The notes under the pieces were generated by a model, which was not told where the DNA came from, searched no databases, and was given only the letters and a program-made list of their open reading frames with translations. From Octopus sinensis (Eukaryota): a stretch of DNA of 64,000 nt. Below are positions 12,736-26,070 of the stretch, in pieces. Every line of letters starts with the position of its first letter. Positions within the stretch are counted from its first letter, which is position 1. The translations under genes were made by a program, and so were the position numbers. The DNA lies in the NCBI RefSeq assembly GCF_006345805.1, contig NC_043005.1, forward strand, positions 8,308,001 through 8,372,000, in the 5' to 3' direction.

Positions 12736-15030
12736 TAGATATAGATATAGATATAGATATATATGTGTGTGTGTGTGTGTATTTGAGCCACGGCGACGTT
12801 GATCCATATGGAATGAAACAGAGTTGCCCTACAAGGTTTACCAAATTGCAAGCAAAAATTCTCACAAGCACTTTATTGATTAAAATCCTACTTTGTTAAT
12901 CACCAGGTGCATTAAACGTATGTATAATAAACTCACATTTCTTTACCATACGTGAGGATCAATTGTTATTTTAAGATGCATACAACGAGAAGATCTACGC
13001 CACCGCACAATCGTAAGTATGTTTACCTGGCTGCTTAGTCTGATGGTTTAAAAGCTCTGCTTCGTGTTGGAAAGAGCTCGTGTACTATGTGTGTGTGTGT
13101 GTTTATCATTGGTAATTATTGAGGTACTTCGAGGAATTCAAGTCACACGTCTTAGTATGTGACAGTTTTTTTTTTTGTCAAAATAGTAGTTTTGGGCCTT
13201 GTATCTCTCTTGGATCTTCACTACTAGAATTGACCTTGCAAATGTCAATCAGACCGATGTATCAAGACCTTTTGAAAAGATTATGTACAAGGTGAGCTTG
13301 TAGTACAAATAACCAACTGTCAGATGGAGTGTTTTGTCAATCTGTTACTTTCCATCAATCCTTCGACTAGTTTCACTAGTAATATTATATGTTTCAAGAG
13401 TGACGGTTGCACGGTGATCATTTTGTAGTTCATATTGCTGTTGATTGTGCTGATTATTTACATTACAGATTTCACGCCAAAATGATTCCATATTATTCTA
13501 GGGCGGCGATTTTGCAATCTTGACCTTTCACGTCTCGATATATTGCTTGTAGCTTCAATGAAAACATACAGGTTCTAACCATACATTCTTGTATTATTTT
13601 AGGATGATAAGCTTTTGAGTTACCGCTTGTAGTTTGTGTTTAAGGACAATTAGCTTGCAAGTGGTTGTCTCTCGTGTGCAGTTTCACTAGACAATCTTCC
13701 CTTACATAAGCCTCTCGTCGGTCCATCGTGGAAGCCCGTCCAATCGAATGTACTTGCAAATCAAACGTTCAGTGTTGTCAAACACTGTGTTGAGCTGATA
13801 GCACATACTGATGAAGCGAAGCGGACACGTGTCTCAGGAATACTTAGCCAATTACATGCTAATTCACTGAGTAGTTGTTAGGGATCTAACAATTGCATGC
13901 CTATCGTGGAAAGCGATAGTGGTTCATTAAATATACCTGTATCTGTATACGTGTATATTCGAATGCATATACTTGCGTGCGCATGCATATGTGTAACAAA
14001 ACAACGTGAAAATACATTGAAAGTTTACTTTCAAATGCCGATGAATAGGAAACCTAACAGAATAAACCATCGAAGCAAGTTAAACTAATGAAGTTATCAC
14101 AGGGAGAATACTCTATTCTGACTCTCACTTGAATGAACTCAGTTGCTTACTTTTCTGATGTTCCTATCTCTTAAAAAGGTGACAAGTATTGCTGGTTTCA
14201 AAGTTAAACAATGGAAAGTATAAAATTCAATTTGGACAAAATATTACGTTACAAACATAATTGTATTAGGGAAATTACATAACATACTACAGGCACACGA
14301 ATTAATTGTAAATAAGAATTAAATTTCAGGCTTGCTCTAAAGCAAATTTGGAGTTGTAGTCCATACAGAGAACTTAATTATTTATGTCATTTATTCTTAA
14401 TTTACTGAGGCGGTGGTTTGCCAAAGTCGTTTGTTCATTGACGAGTTTATCATGCAGTATTTGTTTCAACTCTATTCGCTCTGAGTTCGAATACCACTCA
14501 AACGAATTTTTCTTTTAAGGGTCTATGAAACATTATCATTCTGCGTTTGAAACTGCATGTGTATGGCATTTTCCTCTTCTAAAAGTAGCTATTCTACTAT
14601 CAACTTCTCAAGAACACACCTCCAAATCTGTGGAAGTATTGCTTGTAAAAAAATACAGAAGAAAAACCCCAATGGAAATAGATGTTCCGAAATAAAACGT
14701 ATTGTGGGCATATCTGTCAAGAAATGTCATTAACGCACCAGAGAAAGCGCGATGATTTGCCGAACCTGAATCGTGCGGTAAGTGGTTATGTTCGTTTACG
14801 TTCGGTGGCAGATTCTCCTTAAAAGTTACTAGTGACGTTCTAAAATCTATAGATATAACAATGTAAATAAATCTCTATACGTTTCGATGATGTTCAATTT
14901 GCTCGATAGGGAAAGGTCTTCTCATTGAATCAGAATGTATGTAGTTGTATGTGTATTCACGTTACGCTACAAACATAATTGTATTAGGAAAATTACATAA
15001 TACGCTATAGGCACCCGAATTAATTGTATA

Positions 15031-15541
15031 TCTATACATATAAAACTGTAGTTGTGTGAGTGTCTGTCCCCTTCAATTTAGATTCCTAACTACTCCCACA
15101 TTTTGCGGTGCAGTTTAACCAAATTTGGGTATCTTATAGTCGTGATTCATATCGAGTCCGTCTGAGTATTAGCGCGCGTCTACGATGAGTCTACGATTTT
15201 AAAAATAATTTAACAATTTTTTATTCCATTTTAATGCATAATTTTTCGTGTGTCGATGGCGGCGGAGTTGGCATCCATGGTCACACCTGCACCTGTTTGC
15301 TTCTCCCCCTTCTTCCCTCCCTCGTGAAGCTGTGGGGAAGGGAGTGTAAGGAAATCAACGTCGTAAAGCGTTGTCACGGAGACCAGCGTTCTTTTAGAAC
15401 AACGACTTCATGGCTTGAAGACACCAAAACAGAAATGGCTAAGAAATCCCGAATTGGCATCTATAAGGGAAGTAACTCTCTAAAAATGCTTATATAGTTA
15501 TTTCCCTTACAAACCCGAGCAACGCCGGGCGATACTGCTAG
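15031..15541 (+). mobile_element. Non-autonomous Helitron, family 1 (long copy with an extra ~220-bp segment)
   Basis: A|TCTATAC...CCCGAGCAACGCCGGGCGATACTGCTAG|T; a paralogous empty site is at ~14292-14345. Confidence 0.9.
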
Positions 15542-17959
15542 TTAAGTATTAAATGTTAGGCTTGCTCTAAAGCAATATTACCGTTTATTGTGCTGTTTAT
15601 TTACATAACATATTTCACGCCAAACTAATTCCATATTATTCTAGGGCGGCGATTATGCGATCTTGACCTTTCTTGTCATGATATATTGCTTGTAGCTTTA
15701 ATATAGGAATTATATAGGTATATAAGAATTTTAAAATGGGCATTAGAGATGCTCTTGAAAGTAAAGCTCATGGGTTGTTGAAGTTCATAGGGTATTTAAA
15801 AAGGAGGAAGTTACTCAAACCCAGTGGACAAACAAATCAGCAACATTTATTAAGTATTTACATCGGCGAACGAATCTTCTCGTCAATGAACAAACGACTC
15901 TGGCAGACTATCGCCTTAATTAATTAAGAATAAATGACATAATTAAGTTCTCTGTATGGACTACAACCCCAATATTGCTTTAGAGCAAGCCTGAAATTTA
16001 ATTCTTATGTATGTGTATTCAAAAAGTTGTCCGTTTTAATTACAGGTATATTCAATACGACGAACGTCTCAAACTATTTCCGTCATCCCAATTTCACTCG
16101 GTATGTTTAGGTCTATGCGAGCTTGTAAAATGCATTTGCCCACGATGTCAGGTAATAAGGATGGATCCAGGGACGATAGAATTTGCAAAGTGAACATTTT
16201 TACCATTCAGTTATACTTGAATCGAATATATTTGACTCAAATATTTGGCTTTTTGCATATATTTGAAACCATTCATATATTCATGCTTAATTATTTAACT
16301 CAATTTTTGTACTGATAAAGAAATCACTTTTGCCTTAGAAACAGATAATAGTTATATATAATTCAAGTAATTTAGTTTTCTAAGTTCAAGCTATTTCGGT
16401 ATCTTCATTACTTAATTTTATATTTCAAGAGCCTGAATATAGGAATTTTAAAAAGGCATTAGAGATGCTCTTGAAAGGAAAGCTCATGGGTTGTTGAAGT
16501 GCATAGGGTAGTAAAAAAGGAGGAAGTTACTCAAATCCAGTGGACAAACAAATCAGCAAAATGTATTAAGTATTTAAATCTGCTCAACGAATCTTCCCGT
16601 TGTGTTGCTTTTTTTTGCTTGTTGATAATATCCAAAAATTGAAAATATTGAATCAATCCATATATAGATTCCGATAAACAATGTTATGCAATTCTTCGTG
16701 GTAAATTCACAGACATATTCTTATCATAAGGAAGCAGTAAAGAAATTTGAAGAAAAGACTATTTTTGTAGAGACGTTTTGATATTATATGCAATGTTGCA
16801 GCTTTCTAAATTATTAATACACTTGTGGTTGTAATGTTATATAAGAACTCATACATTTCTTCTACTTTCAAATGAAATAGAGACGTTAAAATATACTAAG
16901 ATGTCCGCCAACAACGGAATATGGATGTGTTCATATACAGCATTAAAAACATTTAGATTTAAGCGTTCGTGACTCTCTTAGGACTTAGTATTCTTAAGAA
17001 CCACATTTACACCTTTTAGCTAAACAACAAAAAATCGTGATGGGACACGATTGGATTACGGCCGTTTATCCGACTAAGTGATAATTCTTCAATGTGAACC
17101 ATTAAAGATGAATAGCTGCGAGGAAATCAACGAATATTTGCAAATCCTTTAGGACAGTAGTATACTTCGTAAGTAAAAGTGTGTATAATGAACGTATTAC
17201 GCCACTAGATATCTGCCAAATCGATATGCATATTTAAGCGTGGAAATTATACGAGTAAAGCCAACGTATCACTGATAAAGACCTTTCATGTTAATATCAA
17301 CGCTTCTCTAACTTCAACTGACATACTGAATGTTAATATTTCAGTAAATTTAATTTTACCGTGTGAATAATTATGTTCCCTCATCCATTGCCCATATGAA
17401 GAATAAACATTTATTATCATTATTATTATTATCATTATTATTATTATCATTGTGATTATTATTATTGATGTTGTTGTTGTTGTTTTTGCTTTTATTGTTC
17501 TTCGTCCACCGACACGTATTGTACATCGCTTCCGTAAGTTTGTTGTTATAAATACGGTTATACAAATTTATATAGAGGACCTAACCGAGCTGATTAGTTT
17601 TGCCTCATCTCTAGCCCTTAAAGGCTAAATTGGGGCTTGTTTAGTGAACATGCCCCTCAATTTCTATTTAATAAAGAAATATGGCAGACGGGATTGTTTG
17701 TCCCTGGGAAAGAACAACCAGTTATCCGCATAACAGAATAGCCAAATTATAAAAGTCAGTAACAGCAGCAGCAATAACAACACCGACAACAGCAACTGCA
17801 GTAGTGACAGTAGTAGCAGCAGCAACAGGATTAGCGGTAGTAGTAGCAGCAGCAGTAGCAGTAACGTCAACAACAACAACACTGCACGAGAGAGGTAGGA
17901 AAGCAACTTTATGTTGCTAAAAATGTCAGCACTGCCATCACAGTAAGAGAAAACCAGTG

Positions 17960-18210
17960 TTCTGCGGATACAGAGAATACAGGAACAGGAATGGCTAGGA
18001 CAACGTATACATTTGTTAAACAAGGAGGAGCAACCAACTTTCCATCCCGGATTTCATAATCCTATCAGATGGCACAGAGCTTCACGTGGCTGCTGTAGAT
18101 GGAAGATCGAGGTGTCACCTGTACGGGGACAAAAACCACCCGAAAACCTTTTGCCCACAGCAAAGGAAACCAACAATCCTGCTGACAACATTGACACCGC
18201 CACCACCGAC
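17960..18210 (+). pseudogene. Fragment of non-LTR retrotransposon ORF1 with a decayed CCHC zinc knuckle
   Basis: Manual translation FIILSDGTELHVAAVDGRSRCHLYGDKNHPKTFCP resembles the ORF1 pattern V-GR-P-C-x2-C-x4-H-x4-C. Confidence 0.45.
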
Positions 18211-18584
18211 CAGAATGGGGCGGCCAGAATAAGGCTTTTCTGGGGTTGCTGGTGTGCGATTAGAACGTCATCTTAGATGTACGCTGGGACTGTGTGAGGC
18301 TAGCCGATTGGAGAGGTGGGTGTAAAAACCTCACAAACTTGCTCAGTCGTTTCCAGCTGGCTGACAGGTTCCGAATGGATGTTACAAATACCAGGCAAAG
18401 GTAGACAACGTCGGGGCATACAGATTGTTTCCGAATTGACTAATCTGTAGGCTGGCAGTTAGGTTTGTTTACAATCCATAGTAGTCAGTTACGCAGATCA
18501 CAAATTTTTGATCTGTACGGTCCGATTTGTTAGGCGTCATAGGTAGAGGTCCAGTTACTGGAAACTGTGCGTCACGCCTACCTG

Positions 18585-18645
<61 letters not shown>

Positions 18646-20702
18646 TTGTCTGTCTGTCTGTCTGTCTGTAATAAAATATAAGGTTGTATTTTATGATATT
18701 ATTGCTATTTCATGGTTGATATTTGTTTCACCAACTTCAGCAGTACTATTCACATTATGTGTATAGATTTGTGTACTAAAAATTATCTAATAATCCACAC
18801 TACGCAATGTACATTGCTCAGTAGTCCACGGAATTGTTTCATCGGAAGCGTTTACAAAAACCAAACACAAAACAACCAGTTATCCAAAGAATCGGTCATC
18901 TTGCGTCAATAAGAAGCATTTAGTATTTATCAGAACCGTCTATATCTAATAAGCATCACTAATTGTATTATAACACACACATTTATTACTTATGTGATCT
19001 TACTATAAACCAAGCTGCCACCACCAACGCTAATGCAACACGCTCCACCAACATTAACTCGGAATTATAAAACTGACTTTAAAACAGGGGGAGAAAGCTG
19101 ATCCATGTTTGTAAACTATTGTAAGTATTATCATTATCTCTGCACATCTTCGACTACAACACACAACATGAAAATTTCCATTGCTGTCATTACAACGAAG
19201 AATACCGAGATCGATTGAATGTTCATGATAGCGTGTCCGTGTCTGCACTCTATTGATATTATAATGGATCTTCTAATATTGCACGTTATTCAGAGAAGAG
19301 AAAATTATTGGAAATAAACCTCCAGGTGTCAGGCGATAAAGGATAATATTACTTTAGATGTGCCCTCATCATTTCGTTTATGAAATGCTAACACATTCAA
19401 TTCGCTAGTCTTTAATATATAAATATATAATGCTAATGAAATAACCCAGTATTTCATGAACTTTGGCTACGTTAAATCCGACATGCATTTGTATTTCGTA
19501 ACTTGTTAAGCTGGATGATGCGATAATATTTCAATTAGTGTTGTATTAAAATTTCTCACCATTTCAATTTATTATCACTGTTGGATGAAGCAGAATTTAA
19601 ATAATATGTCTCAGTATATTATTTTTTGTGAGAAAGAATAAAAGTTATAACATTTGACGCCAGCATGAATACAGATTAGGTCAAATATTTCCCCCTCCAA
19701 ACATCTCAGGCTACTCAACAATTGTCTTCATTTCCATATTTTGAGCATATTCTAAAACAGCGTTTTTGTTGAAGAAACTTGATAATTGTACTAGTGTAAC
19801 CAGCTGTCAAACATTAGAGTTATTGACGTTATAGCCGGTAGATTCAATTTAATTTGAACATTCTTTTGATAAATTTCAATAGCAGTTAACATTTTTGACA
19901 TTGAACTGATGCTCCTTCAGATCTTAATTGCATAATCTTAACTTCTTTTCAACTAATGTTGAAAACTATTGCAAAATTTTGGAACATTTTTTAAGAGAAA
20001 GAAGGTAATAATTTTAATATTATTTTTGATTTTAAATGTATTTAATTAGATTATTAAGATATAACTACACAGAAATATGTACACAAAACGCTCTGACATC
20101 ACGATTGCTTAGCAACTCTGAAGCGATGAACGGTTATATTGGAATAGAATATCTACAAAATACATTGGACATTCCTGTACATGAAAATTATACTGAGTTA
20201 ATTATGTCAAGGTTCAATTAAAGCTGAAATAGTATACTGAACCATTTGCCAAAATGTACTGAATTTCGTGAGAATATAGCAAACAACTGAATGTAGCAAA
20301 GCAGTCTGAGGGAAGAGTCGTTCAAATAACAGCGGAATTTATTTTAGATTGTAGTTGTCTGAATTCAAGAAATATATTTTTAACTTTGTATTCTAGCTTC
20401 TTCGAAATTATAATGATTTTGTGAAGCATTTTAAATCAAGTTGATTTTGAATCTGGTCTATAACACATCATTTCGTCTGTAGATTTCCAATTGGTATTTC
20501 ACAAACTGACGATTTCATTCATAGAGAAATTTTCCATAATAATCTCCAAGAGAAGGCATAGCTTCCTGTGTAGCTAATGTACTAATGTACTGCATACAAT
20601 ATGTCGCGACTTGTTTAAGCCTTTAATCGTAGAGAACATATGATAGTATCTGACAGGACGAAGTCGGTCAGGTTACTCTACATTTTCTTCCAACAGTATA
20701 TA

Positions 20703-22303
20703 CAGTTGCGGCCAAAATGTTCAGAACGGCATTGTTTTTGTCAGAAAAGTAGATATAAGTTTTTATTAAAGTTGTTGTAGTTTCCATAATTTTCACAGAC
20801 AATAAGTACAATAGTAATTGTTATTGTCTGAGATTTTGGTCTAATTTGAGTGGATAATACAACAGTTATGGATGATTTAGTGATTTACTACAAAACCCAT
20901 GGTGGCCAAATAATCAGAACGGTTGCTTTTACTCCGTGTTTTAGTATATTTAACCGGTGAACTCTAATGTTTTGAATTTGTTTACCTGACGGTTCGTTTA
21001 CTAAACATTAGTAAGAATATCTGTAGTGTACTTTGTTAATATAATGCCACTTACTCCGTTACCAATTCGTCAGCAGATTATTAAGCTTCGAAAGAAGGAT
21101 AATTTAAGTATTGGGTCTATTGCAAAGATTGTTAACACGTGAAAAAGTGTTGTTCACGGTAATCTTAAGGTCTACGATGATTGTGGTTCGTGTGAAGCAA
21201 GAAAGTCTACAGGTAGGCCAAGAAAAACGACCAAGAGAGAATATCGTGCTATGGTAAATTTGGTTAAAAAGGACAGATTTAAAACTGCTGCTGGTGTTTC
21301 TCGGGAAATGAGCATTGTACTGAAGACAACTTTATTTCGAAAAACTATGTCTCGTCGTTTAGTTGAACATGACCTACAAGCAAGAGCACCTGCAGTGACG
21401 CCACTGATCAGCTCCAAGAAAAAAAAGTGTCGTCTTACCTTTGCAACCGAACATGTGTTGTGGTCTCAAAAAAATGGCAAACGGTGCATTTCCGTGATGA
21501 ATCTAAGTTTATGTTATTTGGCTCAGAAAACTAGGTGAAAAATTGTCGCCAAAATGCCTTAAGACTAGTGTTAAATTCGGTGGAGGACGTGTCATGGTTT
21601 GGGGGATGATATCTGGAGATGGTGTGGGCCCTTTGGTGCGATTACATGGAAAGGTAAATGCAGGAGTTTATAAACAACTTGTAAAAGATCATGTCTTGCC
21701 TGTGCTGAGAAATTCAACTAAGCGACCACCCATATTCATGCAGGACAATGCCCCATGTCACAAGGCTAAGGTGGTCATGAACTTCCTCAAGGCCGAAAAG
21801 ATTATTGTTATGGATTGGCCTGCTCAAGGCCCAGATCTCAATCCTATTGAAAATGTGTGGGATATTCTAGGAGAATGTTCGAAAGCCGGAAATCCTAAAA
21901 CAACCGAGCAATAATGGAATGCCCTTCAGGAAGAATGGAATAAGATCACCCAGCTAGAAATTGAAAATTTAATTTCCTCATGCAGTCGAAGATGTCAAAA
22001 AGTGATTGAGGCCAAATGGCTTCACTCTAAATATTAAATAATTCCAGTATTCTCTGTCATTTTTGATTATTTTGTTATTTTTTTCAACCGTTCTGATCAT
22101 TTTGGCCGCCATGGGTTTTGCAGTAAATCACCAAATCATCCATAACCTTTGTATTATCCTCTCAAATTACACCAAAATCTCAGACAATAATAATTAATAT
22201 TGTATCTATTGTCTGTGAAACTTATAGAATACAAAACAACTTTGATAAAAACTTATAGCTACTTTTCTGACGAAAACAATGCCGTTCTGAATATTTTGGC
22301 TGC

Positions 22304-22308
<5 letters not shown>
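20703..22308 (+). mobile_element. Tc1-like IR/DR transposon (second family), both TIRs present
   Basis: TA-CAGTTGCGGCCAAAATGTTCAGAACGG and CCGTTCTGAATATTTTGGCTGCAACTA-TA; inner DRs at ~20903 and ~22086. Confidence 0.93.
21044..22037 (+). pseudogene. Tc1 DD34E transposase pseudogene
   Basis: MPLTP..RQQIIKL, GRPRKTT, SDESKF region frameshifted with a small deletion, FMQDNAPCH-34-NPIENVW, ends LHSKY*. Confidence 0.92.
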
Positions 22309-22349
<41 letters not shown>

Positions 22350-22435
22350 TATATATATATACGGAAAAGGTGTTGACATTTGCCTGTTACATACAATGAT
22401 TGCTAAAATCCATATTAATTCTTTATACTATAGAA

Positions 22436-22514
22436 CAGTGGTTCCCAACCTGGGGTCTGCAGACCGCTGGTGGTCCACAAAGGTTTTACTAGGTGTCCGC
22501 GAACTACATTAAAA

Positions 22515-22520
<6 letters not shown>
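22436..22520 (+). mobile_element. Left end of a hAT/Charlie-type MITE
   Basis: CAGTGGTTCCCAACCTGGGGTC..GTCC preceded by CTATAGAA; right end not found. Confidence 0.5.
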
Positions 22521-22562
<42 letters not shown>

Positions 22563-22744
22563 GGGTTAAGCAACAAGTTCGTTATTTTTCTTTCTTTTCC
22601 ATATGTGAGTTACAAGTAAATGTTATATGTGGAGATATATTTGTAGTAAATAGGAATACGCGGTTTTTGACTGCTATTTCTAAATTTTCGGTATGTGGCT
22701 ACGCAACTTCTTGCTTAACCCTATTTATTTTGTAAACGTTCCTA

Positions 22745-23138
22745 CCGATAATGGTTATATTTCCATACCGAAAGCTGCACCAATGCTAGAACGGGACGAC
22801 ACTGCATAATGCCAAAGGTACCAGCAATGCCATCACGCTTCAGGACAAGTTACTGCAACAGCCTGGGTTTCAAGGGCCCACAGATTTTTAATATTCTTCC
22901 AAAGAGTCTGAGGAACTTGCACAAAGTAGATGTAGAGGTTGTTAAATCAAAGCTGGACCTCTTCCTGTCGAGAGTCTCAGATGAACCTACCTCACAGCAA
23001 GAGGTGCAAGTGAGGGTAACTATATCAAACTCCATGCTTCACCAAATGCCACATATTGTAGGAGGCTCTTAGTAATAACATTGTAGCAAAACGGCGGTGC
23101 ATCAGTATGGCCACAGCTCTGAGCTGAAACTAGAGAGG
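22745..23138 (+). mobile_element. 3' end of a CR1-clade LINE (ORF2 C-terminus plus 3' UTR)
   Basis: ORF 22809-23072 contains NSLGFKGPQIFNILPK.LRNL....V..VKSKLDLFLSRVSDEP..SNS; tail GGCGGTGCATCAGTATGGCCACAG..TGAAAC. Confidence 0.8.
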
Positions 23139-23798
23139 AAAAATATATATGTATGTATATATAAATGTTTAAATATGTATATATAAATATATGTGTGTAC
23201 ATATATGTATGTATATGTATATTTACATATGTATGAGTGTGTGTGTGTTTTGGTTGCGTGTGAGAGTGGTGGGGTGGTTTGTGTGTGAGAATTTATGTAT
23301 ATCACGCTGCGACAAAAAGCACGAATATAAAGAAATATGAAAAAAATACAATAATATAAATGCATGTACATACATTATAACTGAGATGTCCAATAGTGCA
23401 TAATAGTATGTTGCAAGGCAAAGCCAAAAACCTGAAGGCCCCGCTGAGTTTGCAAACAGTAACAGTTTAAGTGTTACACTCCATGCAGGTTTGAAATGAC
23501 AAAACATTATTAGCGGTTGTGATGGACGACTTGGTAGGCGCATGAAGTGTTTCGATAAACTGACATGATCATAAATATCGACAAATATATAAGTTTATAT
23601 TATAACATGAGTAATTACCTCTCAAATATTAATGTATTATATATATATATATATCTACAACCCAAAACAAATGTTTGTTTTTATGTATAGCCCTATGTAA
23701 AACATAGTGAAGCATAAATTGAAGAATCACTAAATACCTTTAACCAAATTATCAAATGTATTTCCCTTGTAAACAGATTTACTCAGGAACACATATAT

Positions 23799-23829
<31 letters not shown>

Positions 23830-23944
23830 CATACATACACACATATATATTACGTATATACATGAATATATATATATGCATACATACACACAGCATGGCC
23901 ATGCCTTAGCAGAAAAATGTAAAAGAATGAATATATACATAGAT

Positions 23945-24008
<64 letters not shown>

Positions 24009-24053
24009 ACGTATATATATACGTATATATATTTATATATATCGATATATATA

Positions 24054-24116
<63 letters not shown>

Positions 24117-24506
24117 CATACACACATATATATATAGATATATGTGTGTGTATATAGAAGAATAAGAAAATGGAGGGCATCAATAGGTGGTATTCATAAA
24201 CTTTTAGACATTATATTATGTCAATTTATTTATTTATTTGCCAAAATGTCAATTACAAAAATATATATACATGTATGACTTATTATGCTCTACATATATA
24301 ATATATAAAGATACCAATAATTAAAAACTATATAACATACAGGAATAGAAATTAGGAAAATATCTTACAAATGTTTCAGCCAAGAGGCAAAAGTAATTCA
24401 TTCTACCTTGATACCACCAGTAGACTGAAATAATTAGTAGATGAAATTGAGGTACTTGGGTGTTTCTCTAGGCTTATACGTATATGTATAGATATATATA
24501 AATATA

Positions 24507-25560
24507 CATTAGGTCATACCATAATTTATTTCAAATTTACGATAAACAACTTTTTCAATCTAAACTATACTTTCCTCGATTTTCTAGAATGCTCTTCCGT
24601 CTATCTGGTAGACTTTCAAGGCCCCTCTTCCAAAATTCATTTGTCCAGGACAGAAAATACTCCTTCAGTACTGTTTTGACCTCATCTACAAAAATTCATA
24701 TTTTTTCCGTCCGAATAAATTTGACGACTGCAGAATAACTGATAATCAGATGGGACAATATCCAGCGAATATGATGGGTGGACCATCGTCTCCCATTCAA
24801 ACTGCTCCAGCCTTTGGAATGTCATCCTTGCTGTTTGTGGCCGAGCATTATTCTGATGAAAGAACAGTCGTTTTTCTTCTTGCGCTGACTTAAGCCGCTC
24901 AAGCTGCTCGCAGTAGGTCTTCTTTGTTATCATTTGGTTTGGGTTTAAATGCTCAAGGTAGACTAAACCTTTCATATCCCATCAAACAGATAACAACACC
25001 TTAAGTAGGTGTACCTTCTTCAGAATGGGGTACCGGTCTTTCTCCTTTCCCTGCCCACTGTCTTCGGCGCTTGACCATTTTTATAGAGAACCCATTTCTC
25101 ATCACCAGTCACTATTCGGTCCAAAATTAGGTTCATTCGTTAGACGTGATTGCGGAGAAGAGCAAACGTTCAATCTCTGCGCGTGATTAAACTCGGAAAG
25201 TTTGTGAGGAACCCATTGACCGAATTTGCTGACTTTTCCGATGACACTCAGGTGTCAATTGATAGTTGAATGATCCAATACAAGTTTCTCTGCTAACTGC
25301 TCAACAGTTACAATGGCATATTCTTCCGCTCGAGTTTGCAGGACATCCTTGTTGCGATCACCATATCTTCCAGGACGAGTTTCGTCTTCTAGGCTGTAGT
25401 TTTGGCTCGGAATTTCTGAAACTACCGTTCACACTGGCTTACGCTTATTATCCGGTCCCCATATACGGCATTAATAATCCTCGCACTTTCCGTTGCGTTG
25501 TTGCCGTTATTGAACACATAAAGCAAAATGTGTGATCCTTTCTCACTTCCATTATAGTTT
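24507..25560 (-). pseudogene. mariner (DD34D-type) transposase pseudogene, near full length (24555-25552), with one TIR-like end
   Basis: HILLYVFNNGNNATESAR, WVPHKLS, HQNNARPQ, HPSYSLDIVPSDY, RGKY; TTAGGTCATACCATAA at ~24509. Confidence 0.85.
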
Positions 25561-25746
25561 TGAAAAAATAACTGTTAGATACGAACTGGTCTCTCCAAAA
25601 TTTACGCTAAGAATAAGGATAAGGTAAAATTATTACCTGCTTTTATAACAAGTTGATGCAGGTAGTTTATCCCGTCACCCTCCGACTTTTAGTTCACACA
25701 ATTTAAAAAATCTTGACATATATATATATATATATATATAATATAT

Positions 25747-25798
<52 letters not shown>

Positions 25799-25799
25799 G

Positions 25800-26070
25800 A
25801 AATGACAAGTCAACAAAAGAATGAAAGAGACCTCGATATTATGTAAATAGGGGAATTTATCTGTAAATAAAATATGTGACAATTATTCGGTAGACATGAC
25901 AAAACTCCGAGTTTCGGATGTCGGGGCGAAAACCCACACCGGTTTATCTTCAGTTATCGGGCCATCGGAAAAAAATGTCCTAATAACTGAAGGAATGCCG
26001 GCTTAGGTGTCCGCCCGGACATCCGAAACTCGGAGTATTATCATGGCTACCGAATAATTGTCACATATTA
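25800..26070. mobile_element. Palindromic HHR-like mini-element family E
   Basis: Inverted arms TGTGACAATTATTCGGTAG..CTCCGAGTTTCGGATGTC / GACATCCGAAACTCGGAG..CTACCGAATAATTGTCACA, between TA and CA microsatellites. Confidence 0.8.
25983..26041 (+). ncRNA. Minimal type I hammerhead ribozyme-like motif (A9 variant)
   Basis: ATAA CTGAAGG [stem II] GAAA CTCGGAG TA TTAT; stem I ATAA/TTAT, stem III CTC-G-GAG. Confidence 0.6.

Noticed and set aside
12976-13012. Possible 37-nt plus-strand micro-exon (TTTTAAG..GTAAGT; AYNEKIYATAQ)
   Set aside because: Too short to separate from chance, and on the opposite strand to the other candidate exon
19000-20600. AT-rich stretch with coding-like texture
   Set aside because: Stops in all frames and no motif I could recognise
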